Counted from the first letter of the stretch, positions 9,658-19,189 are shown. The stretch: 62,932 nucleotides of DNA from Deltaproteobacteria bacterium (GCA_016223005.1 JACRPW010000040.1:1-62932); one strand, 5' to 3'. Numbers and translations: made by a program. The notes: generated by a model not told the origin, from the sequence alone.

Positions 9658-10965
9658 ATGACAACACTTATTTCATTCTTAATAGTTCTCGGTATACTTA
9701 TATTTGTCCATGAACTGGGGCATTTTTTGGTTGCTAAGAAAAGCGGGGTTGGGGTTTTAAAGTTTTCTCTCGGGTTCGGGCGAAAACTCATAGGCTTTAA
9801 AAAGGGTGAAACAGAATACCTTATATCTCTACTGCCTCTGGGCGGATATGTAAAAATGATTGGTGAGGAAACAGGTGAAGATGTGAAAACAGAAGACAGG
9901 GAAAAGTCCTTTGCAAATAAACCTGTGTCCACAAGGGCAGGCATCGTATTTGCAGGTCCTGTAATGAACCTTGTCCTTGCGCTGCTCCTATTCCCTGTTA
10001 TCTACATGCTCGGCATCCATGTGCCTGAATATATGGATAAACAGCCTGTAGTCGGGTATGTCTTGAAGGACAGTGCCGCATCAAAGGCAGAACTAAAGGC
10101 AGGTGATGTCATCCTATCTATTGATGGTAAAAAGATAGAGACATGGGAAACATTTGAATCCCTCATTATCTCAAACCCTGATAAAAACCTTCGTCTGACA
10201 ATTAAGAGAGATAGTAATATATTAGAAAAAGACCTTACCCTTACATCTTCACAACATAACGGCAGTGGTGTAAGCGGAATTTTACCTCCTATGAACCCTG
10301 TTGTTGGAGGTTTGGCAAAAAACTATCCGGCAGAAAATGCAGGGCTAAAGGTCGGGGATACAATAATTGCGATAAATAGCAGGGGGATAAATCACTGGTC
10401 AGAAATACAGCGGATGATTCAGGAAAGCAGCGACAATGAAATGGAAATGGCTGTAAAAAGAAACGGCGATGCATTAAGTCTTAAAATAAAGCCTATATGG
10501 AATGAGGATGCAAAGATATATGTAATAGGCATCTCCCCAAGTCAGGATATGATTATGAAAAGATATGGGCCTGTTGACGCTGTTATAATAGGGACAAAAA
10601 AGATGGTGGATATGACTATATTTACATTTATCATTATTAAAAAACTTTTTGTTGGTGAGGTATCCATTAAGACACTTGGAGGACCGCTCATGATTGCACA
10701 GGTTGCAGGACAGGCTGCGGAATCAGGACTCACAGCGTTTTTATCCCTTATGGCTGCCTTAAGCCTTCAGTTGGGCATACTTAACCTACTGCCAATACCT
10801 GTTCTGGATGGCGGCCATCTCCTGTTCTTTGCTATAGAAAAACTGCGGAGAAAACCTTTAAGCGAGAAGATTATGAATGTCGCCCAGCAGGCAGGGATTG
10901 CCCTTCTGGTACTCCTTATGGTGTTTGTTACATACAATGACATATTGAGATTTGTCGGTAAGTAG
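9658..10965 (+). CDS. rseP: RIP site-2 zinc metalloprotease RseP (M50)
   Basis: HELGHFLVAK, PDZ segments, LNLLPIPVLDGGH, and multiple TM helices. Confidence 0.92.
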   Translation: MTTLISFLIVLGILIFVHELGHFLVAKKSGVGVLKFSLGFGRKLIGFKKGETEYLISLLPLGGYVKMIGEETGEDVKTEDREKSFANKPVSTRAGIVFAGPVMNLVLALLLFPVIYMLGIHVPEYMDKQPVVGYVLKDSAASKAELKAGDVILSIDGKKIETWETFESLIISNPDKNLRLTIKRDSNILEKDLTLTSSQHNGSGVSGILPPMNPVVGGLAKNYPAENAGLKVGDTIIAINSRGINHWSEIQRMIQESSDNEMEMAVKRNGDALSLKIKPIWNEDAKIYVIGISPSQDMIMKRYGPVDAVIIGTKKMVDMTIFTFIIIKKLFVGEVSIKTLGGPLMIAQVAGQAAESGLTAFLSLMAALSLQLGILNLLPIPVLDGGHLLFFAIEKLRRKPLSEKIMNVAQQAGIALLVLLMVFVTYNDILRFVGK

Positions 10966-10967
10966 GA

Positions 10968-11663
10968 ATGAAAATCCTTGCTATAGACACAGGAATGCCA
11001 TCAGGCAGTATAGCGATCCTTGAAGATGATAGTTTAATAGCAGAATGTATGCCCTGTGCAGAAAAGACCCATGCTGAAAAACTCCTGCCGTCTATAGACA
11101 GCATCCTTAAATCCAGCGGTATAAGATTAAATGATATAGACTGCTTTGCAGTAACCATAGGACCAGGCTCATTCACAGGACTGCGCATAGGTATTTCCAC
11201 TGTAAAGGGCTTTGCATGGTGCCTGAAAAAACCTGTTGTCGGTGTGTCAACCCTAAAAACACTTGCAATGAATATTCTGCACTCTGATAAACTTATCTGC
11301 CCTATCCTTGATGCACGGAAAGAAGAGATATATGCAGGCATATACAAAAGGGAAGAGGAAACCCTGACTGCTGAAAAGGATGACTGTGTAATAAAACCTT
11401 GTGAACTGGTTAAGCATTTGAACAGACAAACCATATTTCTTGGTGGCGGCATTAAAATTTATGGGGATGTAATTAAAAGTGAACTTGGAGATAATGCTGT
11501 TTTTGCCCCTCATGACCTCTGGCACATACGGGCATCAAATATAGCAAAACTTGCATTAAGAGAGGTAGAGAAAGGTAATATCCAGTCCCCTGAAACTATA
11601 GTGCCGTATTACATAAGAAGGTCTGAGGCAGAGACAAAACTTAAGCAATTTATCTTGACATAA
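10968..11663 (+). CDS. tsaB: tRNA t6A37 biosynthesis protein TsaB (YeaZ)
   Basis: ILAIDTG..., GPGSFTGLRIGISTVKG. Size about 230 aa. Confidence 0.85.
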   Translation: MKILAIDTGMPSGSIAILEDDSLIAECMPCAEKTHAEKLLPSIDSILKSSGIRLNDIDCFAVTIGPGSFTGLRIGISTVKGFAWCLKKPVVGVSTLKTLAMNILHSDKLICPILDARKEEIYAGIYKREEETLTAEKDDCVIKPCELVKHLNRQTIFLGGGIKIYGDVIKSELGDNAVFAPHDLWHIRASNIAKLALREVEKGNIQSPETIVPYYIRRSEAETKLKQFILT

Positions 11664-11701
11664 ATTTGTAATAAGATGTAAAAATATGATTATCATTTGG
11701 C

Positions 11702-11983
11702 ATGGTTTGCATGAAGAATGAACATATCCTTTCACTCCTTGAAGAGACAGCAGAAAGATTTGGGGTTAAACTGCGGTATGAAGACCTTAAAAAGGGAGAG
11801 GTTGACACGCAGGGCGGCTCTTTTGTTTTAAAGGGGGAGAGGTATATATTCATCCACAAAAATCTGCCCTTGCTGGAAAAGGTCAGGGTTTTAGAAGAAG
11901 AACTTGCAAAACTGGATTTTTCAGATGTATATATCATCCCTGAGGTCAGGGACAGGTTGGAAAAGATAAAGACTACAATCTAA
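11702..11983 (+). CDS. hypothetical small protein
   Basis: 93-aa ORF with no recognisable motif. Start is uncertain (ATG 11702 or 11711) and there is no clear SD. Confidence 0.4.
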   Translation: MVCMKNEHILSLLEETAERFGVKLRYEDLKKGEVDTQGGSFVLKGERYIFIHKNLPLLEKVRVLEEELAKLDFSDVYIIPEVRDRLEKIKTTI

Positions 11984-11999
11984 TATCCCGGAGTTTAAA

Positions 12000-12467
12000 T
12001 TGAAAGGTATTAAAAAGATACTTGTGCCTGTTGATTTCTCAGAATGTTCAAAGAACGCATTTTATTACAGCCTTGATATTGCAAGGGAGACAAAGGCATC
12101 CGTATTCCTGTTGAATGTAATAGATTCTGAACTTGTAAATGAGATGGTAAGGCTTGACATTTCTACAAAGGGACAGATTAAGAAAAAACTTGAAAAGAAT
12201 GCAAAGTCAGAACTTGACAGGATAATGGCAGAATCCCTGAAAAAGAGAAAGGGTGTCAAAATAAGAGAGAGGCTTGAAGAAGGCATACCCTTTATCAAGA
12301 TACTTAAAGAGTCAAAGGATTTAGGCGCTGACATTATAGTAATGGGCAGTTTTGGCACATCCTCACCCATGCTGAGGTTCTTTTTTGGTTCTACAGTAGA
12401 GCAGGTTTTAAGGGGGAGCAAGATCCCTGTTGTATGTGTGCCTCTGTCTGAGGTAATAGAAGGGTAA
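12000..12467 (+). CDS. universal stress protein (UspA family)
   Basis: KILVPVDFSECS...IVMGSFGTS...GSTVEQVLRGSKIPVVCV. TTG start 7 nt after GGAG. Confidence 0.85.
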   Translation: MKGIKKILVPVDFSECSKNAFYYSLDIARETKASVFLLNVIDSELVNEMVRLDISTKGQIKKKLEKNAKSELDRIMAESLKKRKGVKIRERLEEGIPFIKILKESKDLGADIIVMGSFGTSSPMLRFFFGSTVEQVLRGSKIPVVCVPLSEVIEG

Positions 12468-12469
12468 AT

Positions 12470-12588
12470 AAAAATTCAAAACTCAAAACGCAAAAGTCAA
12501 AACTACAATTCAAAATTCAAAACTTTTCATGAAAATAGTTTTAAGGTTTTGAGTTTCAGTTTTGAGATTTGACATTTGAGTTTTGAGT
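12470..12588. repeat. inverted arrays of degenerate TCAAAAN heptamers (long imperfect hairpin)
   Basis: Left arm is ttcaaaactcaaaacgcaaaagtcaaaactacaattcaaaattcaaaac. The central palindrome is ttttcatgaaaa. The right arm is made of complementary gttttga-type units. Confidence 0.85.
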
Positions 12589-12616
12589 TATCTTTAAAAA
12601 ACAGGAGGCAAGTTTG

Positions 12617-13078
12617 ATGACGGTTAAAAAAAATCCAAAGGCTTTAATCTTTACTGCAATACTGTGCAGCATGTTCTTGTTTGCGGTCAATAATGCAGTT
12701 GCAGCCCCGCAAGAAAAGACAAAGGCAGACCCTAGCAAAACTGGCACATGGAGCGGCAAAGGCGGGAAGGAATCAGGCAGGGAGAATTTTCTGGCATGGT
12801 GCATAAACTGCCATGGTGAAAAGGGCAAGGGAGACGGTCCATTGTCAACCACTTTGGGACAGGGTATAAAACCAAGAAATCTAACAGATTCTAAACTCCT
12901 GTCCACACGCAAGGATGATTTTTTGTTTAAGGTGATACGGGAAGGCGGGGCATCAGTGGGGTTTTCCGAAGCCATGATGCCGCATAAGGACATGTTGAGC
13001 GATGAAGAGATAAAAAATGTAATCCTTTATATAAGAAGCGATATATGTAAATGCAAATACCAGGGCAGCGGGAAATAG
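12617..13078 (+). CDS. monohaem class-I c-type cytochrome, secreted
   Basis: AGGAGG lies 8 nt upstream of the ATG. Signal peptide, CINCH haem-binding site, and a distal Met candidate (AMMPH). Confidence 0.85.
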   Translation: MTVKKNPKALIFTAILCSMFLFAVNNAVAAPQEKTKADPSKTGTWSGKGGKESGRENFLAWCINCHGEKGKGDGPLSTTLGQGIKPRNLTDSKLLSTRKDDFLFKVIREGGASVGFSEAMMPHKDMLSDEEIKNVILYIRSDICKCKYQGSGK

Positions 13079-13117
13079 TCCATTACCGCTGATATATTTC
13101 AAAAGAGGAGGGGGATT

Positions 13118-13747
13118 ATGCATTTAATGGGTTGGCTTGATGAAAGGACAGGGATAAAAGAATACTGGAAAAAAAAGAAGGCGCTCCTTATCCCAGACCA
13201 TGTAACATTCTTTTACTGTTTCGGCGGAATATCCCTGACAATACTTTTCCTGCAATTAGTCAGCGGGCTTTTTATGACGCTCTTTTATGTGCCAAAGCCG
13301 GAAGAGGCATTCAAAAGCATCCTACGCATGAGCAGTGAAATTCCACTGGGCGGGCTTACACGAAATATGCACCGCTGGGGCGCGACAATCCTTATTGCAA
13401 CAGTCATAACCCACATGTTCAATGTCTTTTATCACAAGGCATTTCAGAGGCCCAGAGAACTGAACTGGCTTTCAGGTTTTACCATGTTTATTGTGGTATT
13501 CCTGTTCAGCATTACAGGTATGATACTTCCATGGAACTGGACATCTTACTGGGTTCTTGTTATGTGGACTGATTATGTGGGCACATTCCCTGTAATCGGA
13601 CAATTTCTTACAGGACCGCTTATTGAATATTTCAGCGTAGTCCGCAGTTTTGTTATACATGTACTTATTCTGCCGCTCATCTCGGCTGTATTTTTAATAC
13701 TCCATTTCAAGATGGTAAAGAGGCACGGCATATCAGGACCGCTATAA
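13118..13747 (+). CDS. cytochrome b6-like subunit (cytochrome b N-terminal domain)
   Basis: Four TM helices with two His pairs (RNMHRWGATILIATVITH and FVIHVLILPLISAVFLILH). Strong SD gaggaggggg. Confidence 0.88.
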   Translation: MHLMGWLDERTGIKEYWKKKKALLIPDHVTFFYCFGGISLTILFLQLVSGLFMTLFYVPKPEEAFKSILRMSSEIPLGGLTRNMHRWGATILIATVITHMFNVFYHKAFQRPRELNWLSGFTMFIVVFLFSITGMILPWNWTSYWVLVMWTDYVGTFPVIGQFLTGPLIEYFSVVRSFVIHVLILPLISAVFLILHFKMVKRHGISGPL

Positions 13748-13820
13748 TATCATCTCATGGGATATTATTGTGGGGACAGATTTCAAATCCCCAGTTGCCA
13801 TTCATAGGAGGAGGGAAAAA

Positions 13821-14504
13821 ATGGACGAAAACAAAGACAAAGACCCAAGGTATGCCCCGCCGTATCCGCAGAACTTTCATCCGTTCTGGCCCAGACACGC
13901 ATTAAAGGCAAGTCTGGTTGTATCGGTTGTTGTCTTATTGATTGTGGGACTTGCGTATTTTTATGGTCTTCCGTCAGATTACACTATGACAATCCCTGAC
14001 GAAGGCATGTATATACCCGGTCCTGAGTGGTATTATCTCTTTTTCTTTCAGCCCTTCTGGTATTTAAAGGGCGGACTTGCAAAGTGGCAGTTTATTGCTA
14101 CCTTTATAATACCGCTTCTTGTATTGACATTTACTGTCTTGATTCCATTTATCTTTAAGAAACTAAAACCAGTCAGTGGTTTTGGTTTAAAGGTTATCAG
14201 GATACTGCCGCCTGCCATTGTTTTTGCTGCGATCATGCTGGGCATTGTTTTTAGCGGCTACCATGCTAAATTGAACGGCTGTATAGCATGCCATAATATT
14301 CAGGCAGGCGTGAGGCATGACCTGCCGCCAATGAATGTTCTTGAATATTACAAAGGACATAAGCAGGTTCAGATAAAGGTGGGCAAGTACCGTGCAAGCA
14401 AATCAGGCACAGAAGGCGAATCTGTTATAGGTCAGGAGATAGAGACATATAAGGACGCTAACTGGCATATGCGGCATCTATATGAACCGACATTTACATG
14501 GTAA
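13821..14504 (+). CDS. cytochrome bc/b6f subunit-IV-like protein fused to a C-terminal haem-c site
   Basis: SD aggaggaggg precedes ATG 13821. PEWYYLFFFQPFW motif, TM helices, then CIACH. The ORF-track start at 13770 is read through a palindromic repeat and is unlikely. Confidence 0.8.
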   Translation: MDENKDKDPRYAPPYPQNFHPFWPRHALKASLVVSVVVLLIVGLAYFYGLPSDYTMTIPDEGMYIPGPEWYYLFFFQPFWYLKGGLAKWQFIATFIIPLLVLTFTVLIPFIFKKLKPVSGFGLKVIRILPPAIVFAAIMLGIVFSGYHAKLNGCIACHNIQAGVRHDLPPMNVLEYYKGHKQVQIKVGKYRASKSGTEGESVIGQEIETYKDANWHMRHLYEPTFTW

Positions 14505-15649
14505 TGAAAATGACTCGTCTCATTTTTCTCTGCATACTATTCACTATTCACTGTTCACTGTTCACTGTAGTAGCACACGCCCAGACAATCAAAGAATTCC
14601 CCATCCCTACAGCATACAGCCGTCCTGTTGACATAGCGGCTGCCTCCAGCGGTGATATATGGCTTGTGGAGGAAAGTGCAAATAAACTTGCAAGGTTTGA
14701 TGTCCAAAAAGAGAGTTTTAAAGAGATTGACATACCATATAAAAATGCCGGACCATCCAGCATATCTATAAATGACGATGTTGTCTGGCTCACCCTTTCC
14801 CTTGATAACAGTATTGTAAGTTTCACTATTTCTTCAAAGACATTTAAAAGATTTCAGATACCAACCAATGATTCGGTACCTTATGGGGTTGCAGTTGATT
14901 CAAGTAGTATTGTCTGGTTCACTGAAAGAAATGCAAACAAGATTGGAAGGCTTGAACCGTCCACAGGCAAATTCAAGGAATATCCTGTTCCAACACAGAA
15001 CAGCCAGCCTGCAGGCATTACAATAGGTCGTGACAGCATGATATGGTTCGCAGAGGCAAATGGAAATAAGATTGGCATGTTAGACCCTGCAGCAGGAAGC
15101 ATAACGGAATATGAAATACTTACAAAATTTGCAAACGCATCACGAATAACAACAGATAATGAAGGCAATATCTGGTTTACAGAGCAGAGTTCAAATAAAC
15201 TTGGTATGTTTAATGTATCAGCAAAAAAAATCAATAATGCCATTATACCAACACCTGCATCTGTGCCAACAGGCATAGCAGTAGATAAAAACAATATAGT
15301 TTGGTTCACTGAAAACAGAGGCAATAAGATAGGCAGATTTGACCCTCAAATACCGCTTTTTACAGAATACGAGATACCAACCCAGCGGAGCCTTCCGACA
15401 GGTATAACCATTGATAAAAATAGCACTGTATGGTTTACGGAGGTTGACAGGGATGCTAATAAACTGGGGATGATAAAAGACAGTCAGGGGTCAGGGGTTA
15501 AAAGTCAGGGGCCAGGGGATTTTTCTCCTATCAGGGAGAAAAATGGTCAGGAGTCAAGGAAAGAGACATTTAGCATAATCAGCGGTATAATCCTTATATC
15601 TGCTGCAATTATTATTCTGTATCTGTCAAGGAGACACAAGGGGAAATGA
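14498..15649 (+). CDS. secreted 7-bladed beta-propeller (Vgb/streptogramin-lyase-like, NHL-type repeats) with C-terminal TM anchor
   Basis: Signal peptide ends AHA/Q. Seven blades of type (I/V)WFTE..NK(I/L)G. C-terminal helix IISGIILISAAIIILYL. An alternative start at ATG 14504 overlaps the upstream stop (TAATG). Confidence 0.8.
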   Translation: MVMKMTRLIFLCILFTIHCSLFTVVAHAQTIKEFPIPTAYSRPVDIAAASSGDIWLVEESANKLARFDVQKESFKEIDIPYKNAGPSSISINDDVVWLTLSLDNSIVSFTISSKTFKRFQIPTNDSVPYGVAVDSSSIVWFTERNANKIGRLEPSTGKFKEYPVPTQNSQPAGITIGRDSMIWFAEANGNKIGMLDPAAGSITEYEILTKFANASRITTDNEGNIWFTEQSSNKLGMFNVSAKKINNAIIPTPASVPTGIAVDKNNIVWFTENRGNKIGRFDPQIPLFTEYEIPTQRSLPTGITIDKNSTVWFTEVDRDANKLGMIKDSQGSGVKSQGPGDFSPIREKNGQESRKETFSIISGIILISAAIIILYLSRRHKGK

Positions 15650-16713
15650 AAAAGGCATTAAGAACTGCTTACTGTTCACTGCTTACTGCTTACTTCTTAC
15701 TTCTTACTGTTAACTGTCTTGCCGCTGATTCTGTTATCACATTTTATTCAATCCCCACGCCTGTTAGTTTTTCTGTCAGTATTACAACGGATACAAATGG
15801 CACAGTATGGTTTGCCCAGTTAAACACCAACAAAATAGCATCGCTGAATACGGAAACCTCTGTTTTTAAAGAATACAGCATACCTACAGCAAAGAGTTAT
15901 CCTACAGATATTGTAAGCGATGCAAAAGGTATTATCTGGTTTGCACAGCAGGACGCAAACCAGATAGCGCGGTTTGACCCTAAGACATCAAATTTTCAGG
16001 AATATGAATCGCCGACCCCGCAGAGTCAGCCTTCACGGCTTGCAATAGATAAAACAGGCGGCATCTGGTTCACGGAATTTTTTGGGAATAAAATCGGAAG
16101 GCTCTTGCCGTCAACAGGCAAGTTCAAGGAGTATTCTATACCAACCCCAATGAGCCAGCCAATCGGGATAACTGTTGATAATAAAAGGATTGTCTGGTTT
16201 GTTGAAAGTCAGGGGAATAAACTCGGAAGGCTAAATCCGTCAAACGGCGAAATCAAGGAATTTCCTATTCCGTTTCCATTCTGCGTGCCGAATGAAATCG
16301 CATTGGATAAAAAAGGCAATATCTGGATTAGTGCAAGAAAAGACAGGAAACTCTTGATGTTCAATCCTGCCTCATCAAAATTCAAAGATTTTACCCTTCC
16401 AGGAAAAGGCGTGCCAGAAGGTATATCAGTTGATGAAAACAACAATATCTGGTATGCAGATAAACGGGGCAGCAAGGTTGGCAGATTAAACCCTGACACA
16501 GGCGAGTTTCTTGAATTTAATATAGGCATTGCCAATGGACAGCCGTTTGACATAACGATAGGACAAAAAAATAGTGTCCTGTTCACCGAACTAGTAGATA
16601 ACAAAATCGGTAAGATTAATGCCTCCCTCCTCTCCAAAAGACAGCAGGATACAAGTACCCTCTCTATAAGCCTTGACGGACAGCAGAAAGACCTTTTGAA
16701 ACAGGGACATTAG
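15646..16713 (+). CDS. secreted 7-bladed beta-propeller, paralogue of the previous gene
   Basis: ATGA start/stop overlap with the previous gene. Signal peptide ends CLA/AD. Seven WF(A/T)(E/Q)..NK(I/L)(G/A) blades. Confidence 0.8.
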   Translation: MKKALRTAYCSLLTAYFLLLTVNCLAADSVITFYSIPTPVSFSVSITTDTNGTVWFAQLNTNKIASLNTETSVFKEYSIPTAKSYPTDIVSDAKGIIWFAQQDANQIARFDPKTSNFQEYESPTPQSQPSRLAIDKTGGIWFTEFFGNKIGRLLPSTGKFKEYSIPTPMSQPIGITVDNKRIVWFVESQGNKLGRLNPSNGEIKEFPIPFPFCVPNEIALDKKGNIWISARKDRKLLMFNPASSKFKDFTLPGKGVPEGISVDENNNIWYADKRGSKVGRLNPDTGEFLEFNIGIANGQPFDITIGQKNSVLFTELVDNKIGKINASLLSKRQQDTSTLSISLDGQQKDLLKQGH

Positions 16714-16728
16714 AGGAATTGTCAGAGG

Positions 16729-17469
16729 TCATTCTTCAACCTTTTTCTTACCAAAGAGTCTTGCCAGTATAATACCTACTTCATAAAGCACAAGCATAGG
16801 CGCTGCCATAAGTAATTGGCTGAAGGCATCAGGTGTGGGGGTAAGGATTGCAGCGACAACAAAGATTAGCAGGACAGCATACTTCCTGTATTGTGTGAGC
16901 ATCTTTACATCAACTATCCCTATTTTTGCCAGAAAAAATATAAGAAGCGGCATCTCAAATACTATGCCGAATGCAAGCAGGAACTTTGCAACAAAGGAGA
17001 AATACTCATTCATTGAAAGCATTGGTTTTAAAGAATCCGTTGCATAACTCAAGAAATATTTAAAACCTACAGGGAAAACAATATAGTATCCAAAGGTGGC
17101 GCCGCCTATAAAAAGGATTGTGGCAGACATGACAATCGGGAGTGCCCAGCTCCTTTCTTTTTCGTACAGGCCAGGTGATATGAACAGCCATATCTGGTAG
17201 AAGATAACAGGGCTTGCCAGAAATATCCCGCATATAAGTGCTATCTTCAGGTATGTAAAGAACGGCTCAATAACACCTGTAAAGACCATGAAGGCATTGC
17301 CTTGCGGCATTGCATCTATAAGTGGTCTTGACATGAAATCAAATGCCTCTTTTGAATAAAAGTATGCGATGCCAAAACCAATGCCTACGGCAATTACACA
17401 ATTTATGAGTCTTTTTCTTAATTCAACGAGGTGAAGGGTAAAGGGAAGTCTCTCGTCAGGCTTTGCCAA
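16729..17469 (-). CDS. tatC: twin-arginine translocase subunit TatC
   Basis: [13 protein letters not shown], six TM helices, size 246 aa, downstream of tatA. Confidence 0.92.
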   Translation of the reverse strand: MAKPDERLPFTLHLVELRKRLINCVIAVGIGFGIAYFYSKEAFDFMSRPLIDAMPQGNAFMVFTGVIEPFFTYLKIALICGIFLASPVIFYQIWLFISPGLYEKERSWALPIVMSATILFIGGATFGYYIVFPVGFKYFLSYATDSLKPMLSMNEYFSFVAKFLLAFGIVFEMPLLIFFLAKIGIVDVKMLTQYRKYAVLLIFVVAAILTPTPDAFSQLLMAAPMLVLYEVGIILARLFGKKKVEE

Positions 17470-17755
17470 CTGGATTCCCTCCTGCGGTTTTATTCACATC
17501 CGATTTAACAGTATCTTTTGCAGTTGCAGTGCCGGACTGCTCCTGTTTTGCAGGAGGTGCATCAGGTTTTTCCAAGTCAACACTCACATCCTTTTCTATC
17601 TTTGACACACTGCTCTTTAAATCTTCTGTTGCCTTCTTGAACTCTCCAAATGCCCTGCCAAGTGCTGTTGCAATATCAGGGAGTTTATGGGGTCCGATAA
17701 CTATTAGTCCAATTATAAGTATAACAATCAATTCTGGAAGTCCGATACCAAACAT
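17456..17755 (-). CDS. tatA: twin-arginine translocase TatA/TatB family protein
   Basis: [42 protein letters not shown]. Confidence 0.9.
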   Translation of the reverse strand: MFGIGLPELIVILIIGLIVIGPHKLPDIATALGRAFGEFKKATEDLKSSVSKIEKDVSVDLEKPDAPPAKQEQSGTATAKDTVKSDVNKTAGGNPVGKA

Positions 17756-17887
17756 CTGTTTCTCCTTTTTTAGTCATAAACTAAAAGTGTTCATATTTTA
17801 TATATATGAGTTAAATGATTTTGGCAAGGAATATTATGCAAAGAATACTATAATAAATGACAACTTTTTTTAAGACAACTTTTCCCC

Positions 17888-17916
17888 TTGACATTCTACA
17901 GAATGTAGAATATATT
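17888..17916 (+). promoter_or_regulatory. sigma70-type promoter with embedded BlaI/CopY-type operator
   Basis: TTGACA (17888-17893), then the 17-nt palindrome TTCTACAGAATGTAGAA (17894-17910), then TATATT (17911-17916). The ATG at 17924 is 7 nt after the -10 and has no SD, so the transcript is probably leaderless. Confidence 0.7.
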
Positions 17917-17923
17917 TAGAGAC

Positions 17924-18361
17924 ATGAAAAAAATATTATCAGTATTCGGGGCAGACAAAAGGGATTTTGAGGGTGTGCTCGGCAGTTTGGAAAGGGATGT
18001 TATGGATGCCCTTTGGGAAAAAGAGGAGGCTTCAGGCAGGGAGGTATATGAGCATCTTAAGTTCTCAAGGGATATTGCCATAACCACGGTTTTGACTGTT
18101 ATAGAGAGGCTTGTAAAAAAAGGTCTTGTTAAAAAGACAAGGGGCGAGTCAACATATATTTATACACCTGCAAGTTCCAGAGAAGATTTCACACAGAATG
18201 TATCAAGGGATGTATTTAAAATGGTGATGCGGATGTCTTCATCCGATGCGGTTGCATCATTTGTTGATATTGTTGCTGATATAAGTCCAGAAGAACTTGA
18301 CAGGCTGAGAAGACTTATTGATGAAAAGAAAAAGAAGATGGAACTGACAAAAGAGGTGTAG
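17924..18361 (+). CDS. BlaI/MecI/CopY family winged-helix repressor
   Basis: LGSLERDVMDALWEKEEASGREVYEHL...TTVLTVIERLVKKGLVKK. It has no C-terminal CxCx4CxC copper site. Confidence 0.85.
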   Translation: MKKILSVFGADKRDFEGVLGSLERDVMDALWEKEEASGREVYEHLKFSRDIAITTVLTVIERLVKKGLVKKTRGESTYIYTPASSREDFTQNVSRDVFKMVMRMSSSDAVASFVDIVADISPEELDRLRRLIDEKKKKMELTKEV

Positions 18362-18362
18362 G

Positions 18363-19172
18363 ATGCCTGATATAATTTTACAGTGCATGAGTATATTGTC
18401 AATGGCAAGTGTATATACTGTACGCGGTGCTGTTCTACTCTTTGTAACCGGCGTTATATACAGTCTTATAAAAAATAGTATTGTTGTCTTAAGTGCAGCA
18501 AGAAATATCAAGAGACTGCCTGTCAAGGACTATGGACTTGGGACACTTCTTATAGATAATGCCTCTGTTACCGCATTTACATCAGGTTTTTTGAGGCCAA
18601 AGATATACATCTCAAAGGGGTTATTGGAATCCCTGACTTATGATGAGATAAAGGCTGTATTCATACACGAAGTGCATCATAAGAAAAACCATGACCCATT
18701 AAAGTTTTTGTTAAGTTCTGTAGTAAGAGACACCTTCTTTTATGTGCCGATAGTGAAATATTGTGTAAAGGTCTTTCACACAATAAAGGAAAATGCCGCT
18801 GACAAGAGAGTTGTGTCCATGACAGGAAAACCCATTGAACTCGCCAGCGCAATACTAAAGGTGTCAACTGCTAACAGCAGTAAATTTTATGCATTCGCAT
18901 CAATAAGGGGTGTAGAATCTATAGATGCCAGAATCAAGAGGCTTATAGGTGAAAGGGATAACAGTGTTGAGCTGCCATCTGCAAGAAATATTCTGGCGAG
19001 TTCCATTGTATTACTTTTTTTACTGTTAGTCCCGGTTACGGTCAGCTATGGTTTTGACAAGAGATGCAATGATGAGATGTGCAGGATAACACACCATCAT
19101 CAATCAGCGAAGGAATGTAATACAATGGCAGCAGGAGATATGGACTGCACGGTTCACTGTAATGTAAAATAA
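18363..19172 (+). CDS. BlaR1/MecR1-like M56 peptidase (signal transducer) with Cys/His-rich C-terminal tail
   Basis: TM helices and HEXXH (FIHEVHHKKNHD). After the last TM helix comes the tail CNDEMCRITHHHQSAKECNTMAAGDMDCTVHC. There is no penicillin-binding sensor domain. Confidence 0.75.
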   Translation: MPDIILQCMSILSMASVYTVRGAVLLFVTGVIYSLIKNSIVVLSAARNIKRLPVKDYGLGTLLIDNASVTAFTSGFLRPKIYISKGLLESLTYDEIKAVFIHEVHHKKNHDPLKFLLSSVVRDTFFYVPIVKYCVKVFHTIKENAADKRVVSMTGKPIELASAILKVSTANSSKFYAFASIRGVESIDARIKRLIGERDNSVELPSARNILASSIVLLFLLLVPVTVSYGFDKRCNDEMCRITHHHQSAKECNTMAAGDMDCTVHCNVK

Positions 19173-19189
19173 ATTTTTTTCTAAACAAA

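Noticed and set aside
12470-12588. Repeat arrays as possible CRISPR arrays
   Set aside because: The units are 7-20 nt, contiguous or inverted, and have no unique spacers of 25-40 nt. There are no cas genes in the window.
13770-13820. ORF-track start MGTDFKSPVAIHRRREK for the subunit-IV gene
   Set aside because: These codons are a copy of the GGGGACAG palindromic element. A strong SD (aggaggaggg) precedes ATG 13821.
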